A stretch of DNA of 64,000 bases from an uncultured bacterium. GTDB lineage: Bacteria > Patescibacteriota > Minisyncoccia > UBA6257 > 2-01-FULL-56-20. Shown one piece after another: positions 29,901 through 38,555 of this stretch. Made by a program: the position numbers and the translations under genes. The notes under the pieces were generated by a model that had not been told where the DNA came from, did no database searches, and saw only the letters and a list, made by a program, of their open reading frames with translations. The stretch spans positions 822,028 to 886,027 of the forward strand of contig OY970175.1 in assembly GCA_963707865.1 (NCBI GenBank), in the 5' to 3' direction. Each line of letters begins with the position of its first letter. The first letter of the stretch is position 1.

Positions 29901-30825
29901 GATCAATATTCTGGCTGGCGCCGTGAGAGATGCGACCGGACATATCAACTCCGACGGCATTTCCTACTTCACGACCGCGCCAGTTCGCGACTTGACTCCG
30001 CCGACAGTTTCGACCCAGAGCCCCGAAGCGAGCACTACTCTCGCTGGCAATTTTGTCTCGAACGCCTACGTTGATTTTTCGAAAGCCATGGACCCGACTA
30101 CGATCGGCACCTCTACCATCAAGCTTTGCGTGGCGAGCGATACCAGCTGTAGCACTCCTTTCGATATCCCGGTAATCATCTTGGGCAATTCTGGCAGACG
30201 CGCCATCATCGGCGGACCGGGCCTCACGCTGGCTTACAGCACGAATTACTGGATTTGGGTAAAGGGTGGCGCGACCGGTGTGAAGGATTTATCCGGCAAC
30301 CCGCTGGCCTTTGGCGGAAGTCCCGTGGATAGCTATGGCTCGCCCAATAATGGGAATCCGGATTATTCTGGTTTCGCTACCGGCGCCCAGTCGCCTGGGG
30401 TGTTGAACATAGACAACGTCAGTATAAATCCCGCGAGATCGTATGCCGTTGCCACGAATACCTATGAGAATGGTTGGGAATGGTTCGTGAGCTTGACCAT
30501 CCCCGAGAACCAAACCTCGGTTCAGATGATGTTCAGTAACTTCACGAACGGCAGCGGTGGTGTTATTCCGGCCACAGACAACATCAGGTATTATTCGGCG
30601 CAATCTACCAATGCGACGTCATCAAGCCCGATCTCAAGTGCCGCAGCGGGAGAGTACCCCACGAGCACTATGAGCTTTGATCCTGTTACAAGTGACACCC
30701 AGTCCGGTATTGCCGGCATCCAGATCGTTGTGGGAGTTCAAGTGAAGATTCCCACGTCAACGACGAGCGGGGGAGCATACTCCGCGCAATTTAAGGTGAG
30801 GTCTTCCGGTCCTCCTCCCGGGTAG
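23986..30825 (+). CDS. giant secreted repeat protein (Ig-like/SbsA_Ig-like repeats; putative surface/S-layer-like or adhesin protein)
   Basis: 2279 aa. Signal peptide MNSTSFNFRKFVPLFLIIVFALAGSVFVQHASA. At least 12 near-identical 104-aa repeats DNTAPTISVSTSS(ATL/LPV)TNTGPVTYTVTYTGASAVTLVPGDITLNASGTAAGTVGVSGTSTSGGTVTISGITGDGTLGITIAAGTASDAAGNTATGTAASATFDV. Thr/Ser-rich, with Ig-like C-terminal modules. Confidence 0.85.
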   Translation: MNSTSFNFRKFVPLFLIIVFALAGSVFVQHASAGTIGSVGIASPAGGQKWSGSHNITWTTTGNAGGTSTVNIYYCHDTPSGGCGDGINTLIQASVADDSSSSTVETYSWNTTSPSIPDGSDYKIRVSASADAGVSGLSGTDFTVDNTPPTISIGSPSALLTATTSVAYTITYSGASTVTLVDGNVTVNKTGSATGTAAVTGSGTSTRTVTISGIGGTGTLSITIATGTAYDDATPPNYATGTAASATFAVDNTAPAAPTAVTLTDPINLTNQASVTVTGDAAGEADGSVVTCSVSDPSVVHTVQATSSAATNAFTIPLDVHTLNDGTSTATCYVTDLAGNVGATRTDTATKDTVAPTISVSTSSATLTNTGPVTYTVTYTGASAVTLVPGDITLNASGTAAGTVGVSGTSTSGGTVTISGITGDGTLGITIAAGTASDAAGNTATGTAASATFDVDNTAPTISVSTSSATLTNTGPVTYTVTYTGASAVTLVNGNVTLNKTGTATGTVGVSGTSTSGGTVTISGITGDGTLGITIAAGTASDAAGNTATGTAASATFDVDNTAPTDLVVNAVFAASTTKQGNASVTIASSGDASNTVWFAPPGTVAFATDTTMTKAGGTDISILAPANEGSYKLFVIDAAGNVSSGSNAILTVDNTPPTISVSTSSLPVTNTGPVTYTVTYTGASSVTLVNGDVTLNKTGTATGTVGVSGTSTSGGTVTISGITGDGTLGITIAAGTASDAAGNTATGTAASATFDVDNTAPTISVSTSSATLTNTGPVTYTVTYTGASAVTLVPGDITLNASGTAAGTVGVSGTSTSGGTVTISGITGDGTLGITIAAGTASDAAGNTATGTAASATFDVDNTAPTISVSTSSLPVTNTGPVTYTVTYTGASAVTLVPGDITLNASGTAAGTVGVSGTSTSGGTVTISGITGDGTLGITIAAGTASDAAGNTATGTAASATFDVDNTAPTISVSTSSATLTNTGPVTYTVTYTGASAVTLVPGDITLNASGTAAGTVGVSGTSTSGGTVTISGITGDGTLGITIAAGTASDAAGNTATGTAASATFDVDNTAPTISVSTSSATLTNTGPVTYTVTYTGASAVTLVPGDITLNASGTAAGTVGVSGTSTSGGTVTISGITGDGTLGITIAAGTASDAAGNTATGTAASATFDVDNTAPTISVSTSSLPVTNTGPVTYTVTYTGASAVTLVPGDITLNASGTAAGTVGVSGTSTSGGTVTISGITGDGTLGITIAAGTASDAAGNTATGTAASATFDVDNTAPTISVSTSSATLTNTGPVTYTVTYTGASAVTLVPGDITLNASGTAAGTVGVSGTSTSGGTVTISGITGDGTLGITIAAGTASDAAGNTATGTAASATFDVDNTAPTISVSTSSATLTNTGPVTYTVTYTGASAVTLVPGDITLNASGTAAGTVGVSGTSTSGGTVTISGITGDGTLGITIAAGTASDAAGNTATGTAASATFDVDNTAPTISVSTSSATLTNTGPVTYTVTYTGASAVTLVPGDITLNASGTAAGTVGVSGTSTSGGTVTISGITGDGTLGITIAAGTASDAAGNTATGTAASATFDVDNTAPTISVSTSSATLTNTGPVTYTVTYTGASAVTLVPGDITLNASGTAAGTVGVSGTSTSGGTVTISGITGDGTLGITIAAGTASDAAGNTATGTAASATFDVDNTAPTYSVAYTVGGSPVTYLNENDHVVITATFNEDMAVSPTPKIQLDGAATALSATDMVRDTATSSHYNWFAGQTGDGVMTPTVTVGTDVAGNTVTEASSTKTTIMVDNTAPVVDPGASVGTVAEEFTQNGSSTDEGGSGVNTGTYQWTKVLGPGTVTFGSSSTAITTVSANVDGAYGIKLAVSDNIGNIGSSTVGFVWSSTNVPIVSYNPASGATGVSIATGTAIVTFSADITIVSSTKVDLVDDASSTSMKNGAVTATSSTLLIPYVGLGNARVYRINILAGAVRDATGHINSDGISYFTTAPVRDLTPPTVSTQSPEASTTLAGNFVSNAYVDFSKAMDPTTIGTSTIKLCVASDTSCSTPFDIPVIILGNSGRRAIIGGPGLTLAYSTNYWIWVKGGATGVKDLSGNPLAFGGSPVDSYGSPNNGNPDYSGFATGAQSPGVLNIDNVSINPARSYAVATNTYENGWEWFVSLTIPENQTSVQMMFSNFTNGSGGVIPATDNIRYYSAQSTNATSSSPISSAAAGEYPTSTMSFDPVTSDTQSGIAGIQIVVGVQVKIPTSTTSGGAYSAQFKVRSSGPPPG
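25048..29085 (+). repeat. coding tandem repeat array, 312-bp unit, ~12 high-identity copies (two sub-variants, SATL/SLPV) interrupted by one divergent ~270-bp insert (25681-25950)
   Basis: Unit boundaries (gcgccgacc) recur at 25048, 25360, 25672, then 26266, 26578 ... 29074 every 312 bp. Copies differ by only a few SNPs. Confidence 0.9.
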
Positions 30826-30847
30826 TATCTGAAACAAGAATAAGAGT

Positions 30848-32119
30848 ATGACTAAAACAAGACTCGTTGTCATTTGCCTTGTCGGGGTACTCGTTCCTTT
30901 GAGTGGAGCATTTGCCACGGCGTCAACCTCATCGGAGGTGAGTAGCACGTTGAGCGCCCCCACGCTTTCCCCTATGCTTCCCAACGGCACGCTCGTCGTC
31001 CCGCCGTCGGCGTCTTTCGCATCCGGCGATTATCATTCCTCGCTTAGCGTAACCCTTACCGCAGCCGGCTCGCATGCCATCTATTACACACTGAATGGCA
31101 CGGGGGATCCGGTATGCGCTACGGGGACGGCGTATACAAGCGCGCTCACGATCAATAGTGCGACGACATTGAAAGCCGTCGCCTGCTACAGCGACGATAA
31201 CAGCGTTTCTTCGACGATCGCCCCCTATGCCTACACCTTTAGCTGCAGTCCGGCGACGGTTTCCAATGGATCGTTTTCTTCGTATTCCTCCGGTTGTTTA
31301 ATCAGCTGTTATTCTGGTTATACGCCGAGCGGCGGATCGTGTGTAGCTTCCGGTAGTAGTGGCAGCGGAGGCAGCGGGGGCGGCGGGGGTTCGTACAGCA
31401 ATCCCTATACCATTACGATCAACGGCGGCGCGACGACGACTGCTTCGGCGAACGTCACCCTTGTGCTCACCTCGCTCGGGGGGATGAACTGGGTGTGGAT
31501 TTCAAATGATCCGAGCTTCGCCACGTCAACGGGAACCGGCTGGATTCCATTCCAGGCGACCTATCCATGGACGTTGGCCTCGGGACCGGGAAATAAGACC
31601 GTCTATGCAGAATTCGGGAGCGCAAGCAATACGGTGGCCTTTGCGGGATCCGCCCAGGCCAGCATAACGGTTGTGGGCGGTGGCACTGGCGGGACAACCG
31701 GTAGCGGCGGTAGCGGCGGAACATCGGGAACATCGCGCGCGTCGCAACTACAGCTTCTTAATATGCTCATTGCGGAGCTTCGGCTCCTTCTCCAACAGGC
31801 GTTGGCACAAGGAATAACGCTTCCGCCGGGCGTGGCCGCGTATCTCAATGCGGGATCCGCGACATCAACGCTTTCGGCCATAACGCGTGACCTTACTATC
31901 GGCTCAATCGGCACGGACGTGAGCGCTCTCCAGGCGTTTCTCATCTTGCAGAACAAAGGCCCCGCCGCTAGTGCTTTGGCTGCGGTTGGTGCCACCGGGC
32001 ACTTTGGATTGCTCACCCAGGCAGCGCTTGCGGAGTATCAGGCGGCGGTGGAGATTACGCCCCCCACGGGATACTTCGGTCCTCGTACGAGAGCGTATTT
32101 GCAGAGCATAGGATACTAG
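30848..32119 (+). CDS. secreted protein with chitobiase-C-like N-terminal module, Gly/Ser linkers and C-terminal peptidoglycan-binding domain (PG_binding_1)
   Basis: Signal peptide. AIYYTLNGTGDP (CHB_HEX_C-like). C-term DLTIGSIGTDVSALQAFL...GHFGLLTQAALAEYQAAVEITPPTGYFGPRTRAYL matches the PG_binding_1 pattern. Confidence 0.55.
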   Translation: MTKTRLVVICLVGVLVPLSGAFATASTSSEVSSTLSAPTLSPMLPNGTLVVPPSASFASGDYHSSLSVTLTAAGSHAIYYTLNGTGDPVCATGTAYTSALTINSATTLKAVACYSDDNSVSSTIAPYAYTFSCSPATVSNGSFSSYSSGCLISCYSGYTPSGGSCVASGSSGSGGSGGGGGSYSNPYTITINGGATTTASANVTLVLTSLGGMNWVWISNDPSFATSTGTGWIPFQATYPWTLASGPGNKTVYAEFGSASNTVAFAGSAQASITVVGGGTGGTTGSGGSGGTSGTSRASQLQLLNMLIAELRLLLQQALAQGITLPPGVAAYLNAGSATSTLSAITRDLTIGSIGTDVSALQAFLILQNKGPAASALAAVGATGHFGLLTQAALAEYQAAVEITPPTGYFGPRTRAYLQSIGY

Positions 32120-32281
32120 AACCCATCTCAAAAATATTCTAGCCCGCGTTCCTGGGTATTTCCCCGAAGGGCAAGGCGCAAGGCGGAGACAGTAGCAGCG
32201 CTACGGCTCCGCCGCAGACGCACGGGTTAGAACCCTCGTGAAACTTTTTGTTGCCGGTTTCGTACAATAAAATGAAAATAT

Positions 32282-33580
32282 ATGAATAGTGGGAACAAAA
32301 AGACACTTGGAGTTATCGCCGGAATCCTTGTGATAGGACTTCTTTTGGGCGTTGCGATAAGTGCGCCGCAGGCGCGGGCGAACGTATTCACCGACTTTTT
32401 CAGCAAGCTGTTTTCGCCGTTTGTGGGGCAGCCGCCGTCCACTAGTTCTTCCGCGAACACTGCCACGGGCGTTGGCGTTTCCTCATCTGTTCCACTGTAT
32501 CAGCCGGTCATTGACTACGAGCAGGCGGTGGTTAACGCGGTGAAAAAAGCGTCGCCCGCGGTCGTTTCCATCATTATTTCCAAGAACGTTCCTATCGTTG
32601 AACAGTGTCCCTACAATCCTTTCGGCAATGTTCCGCCGGAGTTTCAGCAATTTTTTGGGAATGATTTCCAGGGACTCACCCAGCCATGCGATACGGGAAA
32701 AACCCAACTCCAGGAAGTTGGCGGCGGCAGCGGTTTCATCATTTCTTCAGACGGCCTGATCCTTACTAATAAGCATGTCGTATCCGATTCAAGCGCATCC
32801 TATACCGTGATTATGAGCGATGGTACAAAATATGATGCGACGGTTCTGGCCCGTGATTCAAATCAGGATTTGGCGGTCGTGAAAATCAAAGCGACGGGAT
32901 TGCCCACCGTTACCTTAGGCGATTCGGATAGTTTGGAACTTGGCCAGACCGCGATTGCGATCGGAAATGCGCTCGGCGAATTCTCCAACACGGTTTCCGT
33001 CGGCGTGATCTCCGGACTCGCGCGGACGGTGACCGCTTCCGCACCCGATACGGGAACGCAGGAGACCATCCAAGGCGTTATCCAAACCGATGCCGCGATC
33101 AATCCGGGCAACTCCGGCGGTCCTCTCGTTAATCTGCGCGGGGAGGTGATCGGCATTAACACCGCGATCGCATCCAACGCGGAGAACATCGGCTTCGCGA
33201 TCCCCGTGAACCGCGCGAAGCACGATATCAGTTCGGTAAAAACGTCTGGCGAGCTCCAAACGCCCTACCTCGGCGTGCGGTATCTCGCGGTCACCCCGGA
33301 CATTGCGACGCAGCAGAAGCTTCCCGTTGACTATGGCGCGCTCGTCCGCGGGAGCGACAAAGGACCGGCCGTGGAGCCGAATTCCCCTGCGGCGAAAGCA
33401 GGAATCCAGGCAGAAGATATTATCCTTTCCGTGAACGGCCAAAAAATTGACAGCAGCCATGACCTCGGCACGGTGATCTCGCAATTCAATGTGGGCGACA
33501 CGGTGACGCTAGTTGTGAACCGCGGCGGGCAACAGATTACACTGACGGCGACGCTCGCCCAACGTCCTGCGGGACAGTAG
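32282..33580 (+). CDS. HtrA/DegP-family serine protease with PDZ domain
   Basis: Signal anchor. GSGFIISSDGLILTNKHVV (His), DLAVVKI (Asp), TDAAINPGNSGGPLVN (Ser), and a C-terminal PDZ domain. Confidence 0.85.
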   Translation: MNSGNKKTLGVIAGILVIGLLLGVAISAPQARANVFTDFFSKLFSPFVGQPPSTSSSANTATGVGVSSSVPLYQPVIDYEQAVVNAVKKASPAVVSIIISKNVPIVEQCPYNPFGNVPPEFQQFFGNDFQGLTQPCDTGKTQLQEVGGGSGFIISSDGLILTNKHVVSDSSASYTVIMSDGTKYDATVLARDSNQDLAVVKIKATGLPTVTLGDSDSLELGQTAIAIGNALGEFSNTVSVGVISGLARTVTASAPDTGTQETIQGVIQTDAAINPGNSGGPLVNLRGEVIGINTAIASNAENIGFAIPVNRAKHDISSVKTSGELQTPYLGVRYLAVTPDIATQQKLPVDYGALVRGSDKGPAVEPNSPAAKAGIQAEDIILSVNGQKIDSSHDLGTVISQFNVGDTVTLVVNRGGQQITLTATLAQRPAGQ

Positions 33581-33642
33581 GTGGCGCAGCAGTCAAGTTT
33601 CTTTTAAAGATTTTTTAATCGGAGGTTTGGCATGATGGCTGG

Positions 33643-34086
33643 GTGGAAAACCCAGCTTTTCACGATGGCTACGAAGAAGTGCGGCGAAATGCAAAATCAC
33701 TCTATTCAAAAATAGGGCGCGTTTGGTGCCCAAAATTAAATGATTGGGTTGTTTTTAACAATGTCGGGTTTTATCATCTGATATGGAAGGGAAGGAGACG
33801 TCGTTCGGAACGCGAACAGAAAAGAAGATTTTTGCTTCTTGGCCATGCGGCAGATATTGTCGGGGATTCAAATGCAATTGTTTTCCGCGAAGGGAAACTG
33901 ATAGCGAACAGCAATGAGCATGATCAAATGACTGCTGAGAGCCCAAACACAACGTTTTGGAGGCTTGTTGCAAAGAGACAAGGAGAAACGATTACTGTTG
34001 TCGTCTGTCAGGCAATGCACGGCAAAAAGCATTTTCTGAGCATTTTTAATAAAAACAAAAACCGCTCCAGGAAGAGCGATCTTTGA
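33643..34086 (+). CDS. hypothetical protein (GTG start; AT-rich orphan gene)
   Basis: 147 aa, basic. Local GC is visibly lower than flanks. No family recognised. Start assigned to GTG at 33643. Confidence 0.35.
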   Translation: MENPAFHDGYEEVRRNAKSLYSKIGRVWCPKLNDWVVFNNVGFYHLIWKGRRRRSEREQKRRFLLLGHAADIVGDSNAIVFREGKLIANSNEHDQMTAESPNTTFWRLVAKRQGETITVVVCQAMHGKKHFLSIFNKNKNRSRKSDL

Positions 34087-34257
34087 TATGCCCGCCACCA
34101 GCACAACGCCGATCAGGGAGGGAGTTCGCCTCCCGCGGGCATGATTTCATGATAGTCCTGCCGCGCAGAAAGTCAAATATAATTTAATCATTTTTTAATG
34201 ATCTTTTGTGCGCGGGACGGGATTCGAACGGATAAAATGAAGTTCAGCATGACTCCA

Positions 34258-34284
34258 TTAGCAATCTCCCCCTGAGATTGACAA
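34258..34284 (+). promoter_or_regulatory. CIRCE-like inverted repeat (TTAGCAATC-N9-GATTGACAA) overlapping the clpB -35
   Basis: Compare CIRCE consensus TTAGCACTC-N9-GAGTGCTAA: 8/9 and 6/9 matches, and the exact 9-nt spacer. Confidence 0.3.
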
Positions 34285-34306
34285 TCGGTGTTTTTGAAAC
34301 TAAAAT
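34278..34306 (+). promoter_or_regulatory. strong sigma70-type promoter for clpB (TTGACA-17-TAAAAT)
   Basis: ttgaca at 34278-34283, 17-nt spacer, taaaat at 34301-34306, about 32 nt upstream of the clpB ATG. Confidence 0.5.
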
Positions 34307-34338
34307 GGTCCTATCGCGGTATAATTACTATACAAGCC

Positions 34339-36996
34339 ATGCCAAACTTTCATCGTTTTACCATAAAAGCCCAGGAGGCGTTGCAGAACGCGCAGGAGAT
34401 CGCCGCGAAGAAAAATCACGGCGAGCTCAAAGGGCTTCATCTTCTCGCCGCGCTTTTGGAAGACGGGCAGTCCCTCGTCATCCCTGTTTTGGAACGCTCG
34501 GGCGTGAATTTGGAGAAGCTCCATGAGCACATAGAGCTTGAGCTGGACCGCATCCCGCCGATCCTTGCAAACTCAAATGTCGGGCAGCTCTACCTCTCGC
34601 AGGAATTGATGAAAGTGCTGGATCAATCGGCGAAGATCGCGGCGCAGCAGAAGGATGAATTCGTTTCGTGCGAACATCTGCTTTTGGCGCTTTTGGACAT
34701 CGCAGGGAGTGCGAAGAGCGTTCTGGAAAAATTCGGCGTGCGGCGCGAGACGGCGTTCCGCGTCTTGGCGCAGCTCCGCGGTTCCATGCGCGTGACGGAC
34801 GAGACACCGGAGAGCAAATTCCAGGTTTTGGAAAAATATGCCATTAATTTGAGTGACAAAGCGAAGGCGGGGCAGTTGGATCCCGTGATCGGCCGCGACG
34901 AAGAATTGAGGCGCGTGATGCAGGTCTTGTCACGGCGCACGAAGAACAATCCATGCCTCATCGGCGAGCCGGGCGTAGGGAAAACGGCCATTGTGGAGGG
35001 TTTAGCGCAGCGTATAGCGGCGGGCGACGTCCCGGAGCCATTGAAGGGTAAGCAGGTCATAATGCTTGACCTCGGATCGCTCATTGCGGGCACAAAGTTC
35101 CGCGGCGAATTTGAGGACCGCTTGAAGGCATTCATAAAAGAGGTAAAAAATGCCACAGGACAGATCATTCTTTTCATAGATGAGATCCATACGATCGTGG
35201 GAGCGGGTGCCGCAGAGGGCGCAATTGACGCCTCAAATTTATTGAAGCCGGCGCTTGCGCGCGGCGAGCTGCATGCGGTAGGCGCCACGACCATCCGTGA
35301 GTATCAGAAATATATAGAAAAGGATGCGGCGCTGGAGCGGCGCTTCCAGCCGATTATGGTGGAGGAGCCGTCCATTGACAACTCCATCGCGATCCTGCGC
35401 GGCCTCAAAGAAAAGTATGAGATTCATCACGGGATGCGGATCAGCGACGAAGCCATTGTAGAGGCGGTCAATTTGTCCGCGCGCTACATCACGGATCGGT
35501 TTCTGCCGGACAAAGCAGTGGACCTGATTGACGAGGCGATGGCGGCGCGACGACTGGAATCGGAAAGCCTGCCGAAAGAAATTGATACGATTCGCCGCGA
35601 GATCACGAAGCTTGAGATAGAAAAACAGGCGCTCATCAAGGAAAACGGAAAAGCGAGCGATCGCGTAAAAGAAATAGACAAAGAGATTGCGAAGCTGAAA
35701 GAGCAAAACGATGAACTTTCTGCCAAGTGGCATTCGGAGAAAATAAAATTTGAAACGTTGCATCAGTTGCGGCAGAAAGTGGACAATTTGAAACGCGAGG
35801 CGGAGATCGCCGAACGGGAGGGAAACTTGGAGCGTGTGGCGCGAATCACGTACGGCGAGCTCCCGCAGGCCGAAAAGGATTTCGCGAGCTTTGAAAAGAA
35901 GAATTTCGGCGGGCCGAAGGGCGGTAAAAAAGGAAAAGCGGGCACGAACGCCCAGGGCGACCGCTTCCTCAAGGAGTCGGTGGACAAGGAAGACGTCGCG
36001 GCGGTGGTTTCGGTTTGGACTGGCATTCCTTTAAGGAGGATGCTTGAGACGGATTCGGAGAAGCTCATAAAAATAGAAGAGGTACTTCACGAGCGGGTGG
36101 TGGGCCAGGATGAGGCCATCGGCGCCGTCGCCTCGGCCTTGCGCCGGTCGCGCGCGGGCCTTTCGGACGAAAACCGCCCCATCGGCTCGTTTATGTTCCT
36201 TGGCCCCACGGGCGTAGGGAAGACCGAGCTCGCGAAGGCGCTCGCGGAATTCATGTTCAACGACGAAAAGGCGCTCGTGCGCATAGACATGTCGGAATAT
36301 ATGGAGCGCCATGCCACCTCCCGCCTCATTGGTTCGCCGCCGGGCTACGTCGGCCACGAGGAGGGCGGCCAGCTCACGGAGATGCTGCGCCACCGGCCGT
36401 ACAGCTTGATCCTCTTTGACGAGATAGAAAAAGCACATCCGGAGGTATTCAACCTGCTTCTCCAAGTGCTGGACAACGGGCGGCTCACGGACAGCAAGGG
36501 GAAAACGGTGAATTTCAAGAACACGATCATCATTATGACGTCTAACGTCGGCAGCCAATATCTAAAGGCCATGTCGCGGATCGGGTTCAGCGCTCCGAGT
36601 GCCGAGGAGTCCTCGGCGGAAGAAGGGGATTACCGCGACAAAGTGATGGACGCCCTTAAAAGCAACTTCCGGCCGGAATTCCTGAACCGCATTGACGACA
36701 TCGTCATTTTCAATCCCCTGCACAAGAAAGAGATTCAGAAGATCGTAGATTTACAGATCACGCTCATAGAAAAGCGTCTGAAAGAGCGGGGCATCGTGCT
36801 CACGATAGAACCCTTGGCGCGCGAATACCTTGCAAAAGAGGGATTCAGCGCGGAGTTCGGCGCCCGGCCCTTGAAGCGAATCATCCAGAAAGTTATCCTT
36901 GATAAGTTGGCGGATAAGATCATCCGCGGCGAATTCAAGGATGGTGGCAAAGTTAAAGTCAATTTCAAGGCGGATTCACTGGTCTTTAGTTCTTAA
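34339..36996 (+). CDS. clpB: chaperone ClpB (AAA+ disaggregase)
   Basis: Clp-N repeats. NBD1 [18 protein letters not shown]. Long middle coiled coil. NBD2 [17 protein letters not shown] with the sensor region. Confidence 0.9.
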   Translation: MPNFHRFTIKAQEALQNAQEIAAKKNHGELKGLHLLAALLEDGQSLVIPVLERSGVNLEKLHEHIELELDRIPPILANSNVGQLYLSQELMKVLDQSAKIAAQQKDEFVSCEHLLLALLDIAGSAKSVLEKFGVRRETAFRVLAQLRGSMRVTDETPESKFQVLEKYAINLSDKAKAGQLDPVIGRDEELRRVMQVLSRRTKNNPCLIGEPGVGKTAIVEGLAQRIAAGDVPEPLKGKQVIMLDLGSLIAGTKFRGEFEDRLKAFIKEVKNATGQIILFIDEIHTIVGAGAAEGAIDASNLLKPALARGELHAVGATTIREYQKYIEKDAALERRFQPIMVEEPSIDNSIAILRGLKEKYEIHHGMRISDEAIVEAVNLSARYITDRFLPDKAVDLIDEAMAARRLESESLPKEIDTIRREITKLEIEKQALIKENGKASDRVKEIDKEIAKLKEQNDELSAKWHSEKIKFETLHQLRQKVDNLKREAEIAEREGNLERVARITYGELPQAEKDFASFEKKNFGGPKGGKKGKAGTNAQGDRFLKESVDKEDVAAVVSVWTGIPLRRMLETDSEKLIKIEEVLHERVVGQDEAIGAVASALRRSRAGLSDENRPIGSFMFLGPTGVGKTELAKALAEFMFNDEKALVRIDMSEYMERHATSRLIGSPPGYVGHEEGGQLTEMLRHRPYSLILFDEIEKAHPEVFNLLLQVLDNGRLTDSKGKTVNFKNTIIIMTSNVGSQYLKAMSRIGFSAPSAEESSAEEGDYRDKVMDALKSNFRPEFLNRIDDIVIFNPLHKKEIQKIVDLQITLIEKRLKERGIVLTIEPLAREYLAKEGFSAEFGARPLKRIIQKVILDKLADKIIRGEFKDGGKVKVNFKADSLVFSS

Positions 36997-37645
36997 GGCT
37001 GCGGTTTTCGCGCTCGCGTGGCTCTTGCTGCCATTCTGGATTTTCTTTTTGGTCGCACTGTATCTTTATTTTGTGCCGCCGTTCCAGTCCGGAAAGCTGG
37101 CACTCCCTTTTTTTGTGCTCCTTGTGCTCGCGTACGTCCAACCGCCAGGGCCGTTTTTTGCGGTTGTGTTCGGCGCGGCGCTCTATGTTATTTTCCTCAT
37201 CAAAGACCTCTTGGTCATTGATCGCCGGTCCCTGTATGAGTTTCTCGTGCTTGTGCTGTCCTTCCTCCTCCTGCGCGCCCTTTATGTGCGGTTTGATGAA
37301 GGGGCCCAAGGCGTGGCGCTTTGGTACGCATTCTTTGTGGCCGCAGCGATCGTTCTCCTCCTGCGCAGCTTGGCGCGCGCTTCCGGCGGCACGGTACCCC
37401 GCGAGGAGCCAGTTGCCTTTTTCCTCTCCTTCGTGCTCATTGTGCAGGCGATCATCGTGGGTCTTTTTCTTCCCCTTGATTTTATCGCCCAATCACTCCT
37501 CGTGTTCCTGGTCGCTTTTTTTCTTATTGATACGATTCCCGAACATCTTGCGGGTGGGGCATCAAGGAAGAAAATCCTCGTCACGGCAATGGTCCTCTTT
37601 GCGCTCGCGACTATCGTCGTGGGCTCGGCGCAATGGGGATTGTAG
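36941..37645 (+). CDS. hypothetical polytopic membrane protein
   Basis: About 6 TM helices. Start uncertain: the ATG at 36941 overlaps the clpB 3' end by 56 nt, and an alternative TTG lies just after the clpB stop. Confidence 0.45.
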   Translation: MVAKLKSISRRIHWSLVLKAAVFALAWLLLPFWIFFLVALYLYFVPPFQSGKLALPFFVLLVLAYVQPPGPFFAVVFGAALYVIFLIKDLLVIDRRSLYEFLVLVLSFLLLRALYVRFDEGAQGVALWYAFFVAAAIVLLLRSLARASGGTVPREEPVAFFLSFVLIVQAIIVGLFLPLDFIAQSLLVFLVAFFLIDTIPEHLAGGASRKKILVTAMVLFALATIVVGSAQWGL

Positions 37646-37647
37646 AG

Positions 37648-37653
37648 TATAAT
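37648..37653 (+). promoter_or_regulatory. candidate -10 box (TATAAT, with TGn-like extension) for galU
   Basis: tgtagagtataat lies 15 nt upstream of the ATG at 37669. Confidence 0.3.
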
Positions 37654-37668
37654 AAAACCACTGTTGCC

Positions 37669-38472
37669 ATGAGAAAGGTAACGAAGCTGGTGCTGCCCAT
37701 CGCGGGGCTTGGGAAGCGGCTTTTGCCCCTCACTAAATATGTGCCCAAGAACCTTATTCCTGTGAACGGAAGGCCTCTTTTGGAGTACGTGTTGGACGAG
37801 GCGGTTTCATGCGGGATACAAGAAGTCGTACTGGTGATAAACCCGAAGCACCGCGGGGATTTCGCCGCGTATGTTCGGAAAAACCAGAAGAGGTTCCCCA
37901 CGCTCACGTTTCATACGAGGATCCAGGAAACGCCCGGGGGGAACGGGCATGCCATCGTGAAGGCCTACGACATTCTTAGGGACGAACCGTTCGCTGTGCG
38001 TTTCTGCGATGATGTTGTTCTGGGTGATCCGCCGGTTCTGCGCGGCTTGCTAGACCTTTTTCATAAGTACAAAGCGTCCGTGCTGCTTCTTGAGCGCATT
38101 CCCAAGAGCAAGGTTTCGCGGTTCGGGGTAGTGGGATTTGAAAAAGCAAGGAAACTCCCTGTTTTCCAAGGCGGAAAGGTGTACCAGTTGAACAAAATCG
38201 TGGAGAAGCCAAAAAGGGATGAAGCGCCCTCCAATCTCATCATTGTGGGGGGATATGTTCTTACGTCGGAGATTTTGAGAAATCTTAGGATGGTGGCGGA
38301 TACCCTTCCTGTCATTGCGGACGACGCCTTGCCGCTCGCGGTCGCGTTGCAGGTAGACCTTATTCTGAAGAATAAGCTTTACGGTTGGGAGTTCCCTGGC
38401 AGGCGTCTTGACTGCGGCACGCTTGAAAAGCTTCGGGAAGCCGAAGAGTTCCTCGGTAAAAAAGCAAAATAG
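37669..38472 (+). CDS. galU: UTP--glucose-1-phosphate uridylyltransferase (GalU-like sugar nucleotidyltransferase)
   Basis: KLVLPIAGLGKRLLPLTKYVPKNLIPVNGRPLLEYVLDEAVSCGIQEVVLVIN matches the GalU N-terminal signature (A-G-G-TR-LP-TK--PKE). Confidence 0.75.
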   Translation: MRKVTKLVLPIAGLGKRLLPLTKYVPKNLIPVNGRPLLEYVLDEAVSCGIQEVVLVINPKHRGDFAAYVRKNQKRFPTLTFHTRIQETPGGNGHAIVKAYDILRDEPFAVRFCDDVVLGDPPVLRGLLDLFHKYKASVLLLERIPKSKVSRFGVVGFEKARKLPVFQGGKVYQLNKIVEKPKRDEAPSNLIIVGGYVLTSEILRNLRMVADTLPVIADDALPLAVALQVDLILKNKLYGWEFPGRRLDCGTLEKLREAEEFLGKKAK

Positions 38473-38555
38473 CCTAGAGGCAAGAGATATGGCATTTTGA
38501 CGGCACTTGTCTTACGTATGGCTGCAAAGTCGCATACCTTGTCTCCCCTTGCCTT

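Noticed and set aside
34206-34232. tRNA-like fragment on the minus strand (…ccgTTCGAATCCcgtcccgcgca, T-loop-like + acceptor-like 3' strand)
   Set aside because: I could not pair a T-stem (atccg versus cccgt mismatches) and found no matching 5' acceptor strand within 90 nt. At best it is a decayed tRNA 3' remnant, so it is not called a gene.
34478-36558. Antisense ORFs within clpB (34623-35294 -, 35239-35763 -, 36031-36558 -)
   Set aside because: They lie opposite an unambiguous ClpB with both AAA+ modules intact. No independent support was found.
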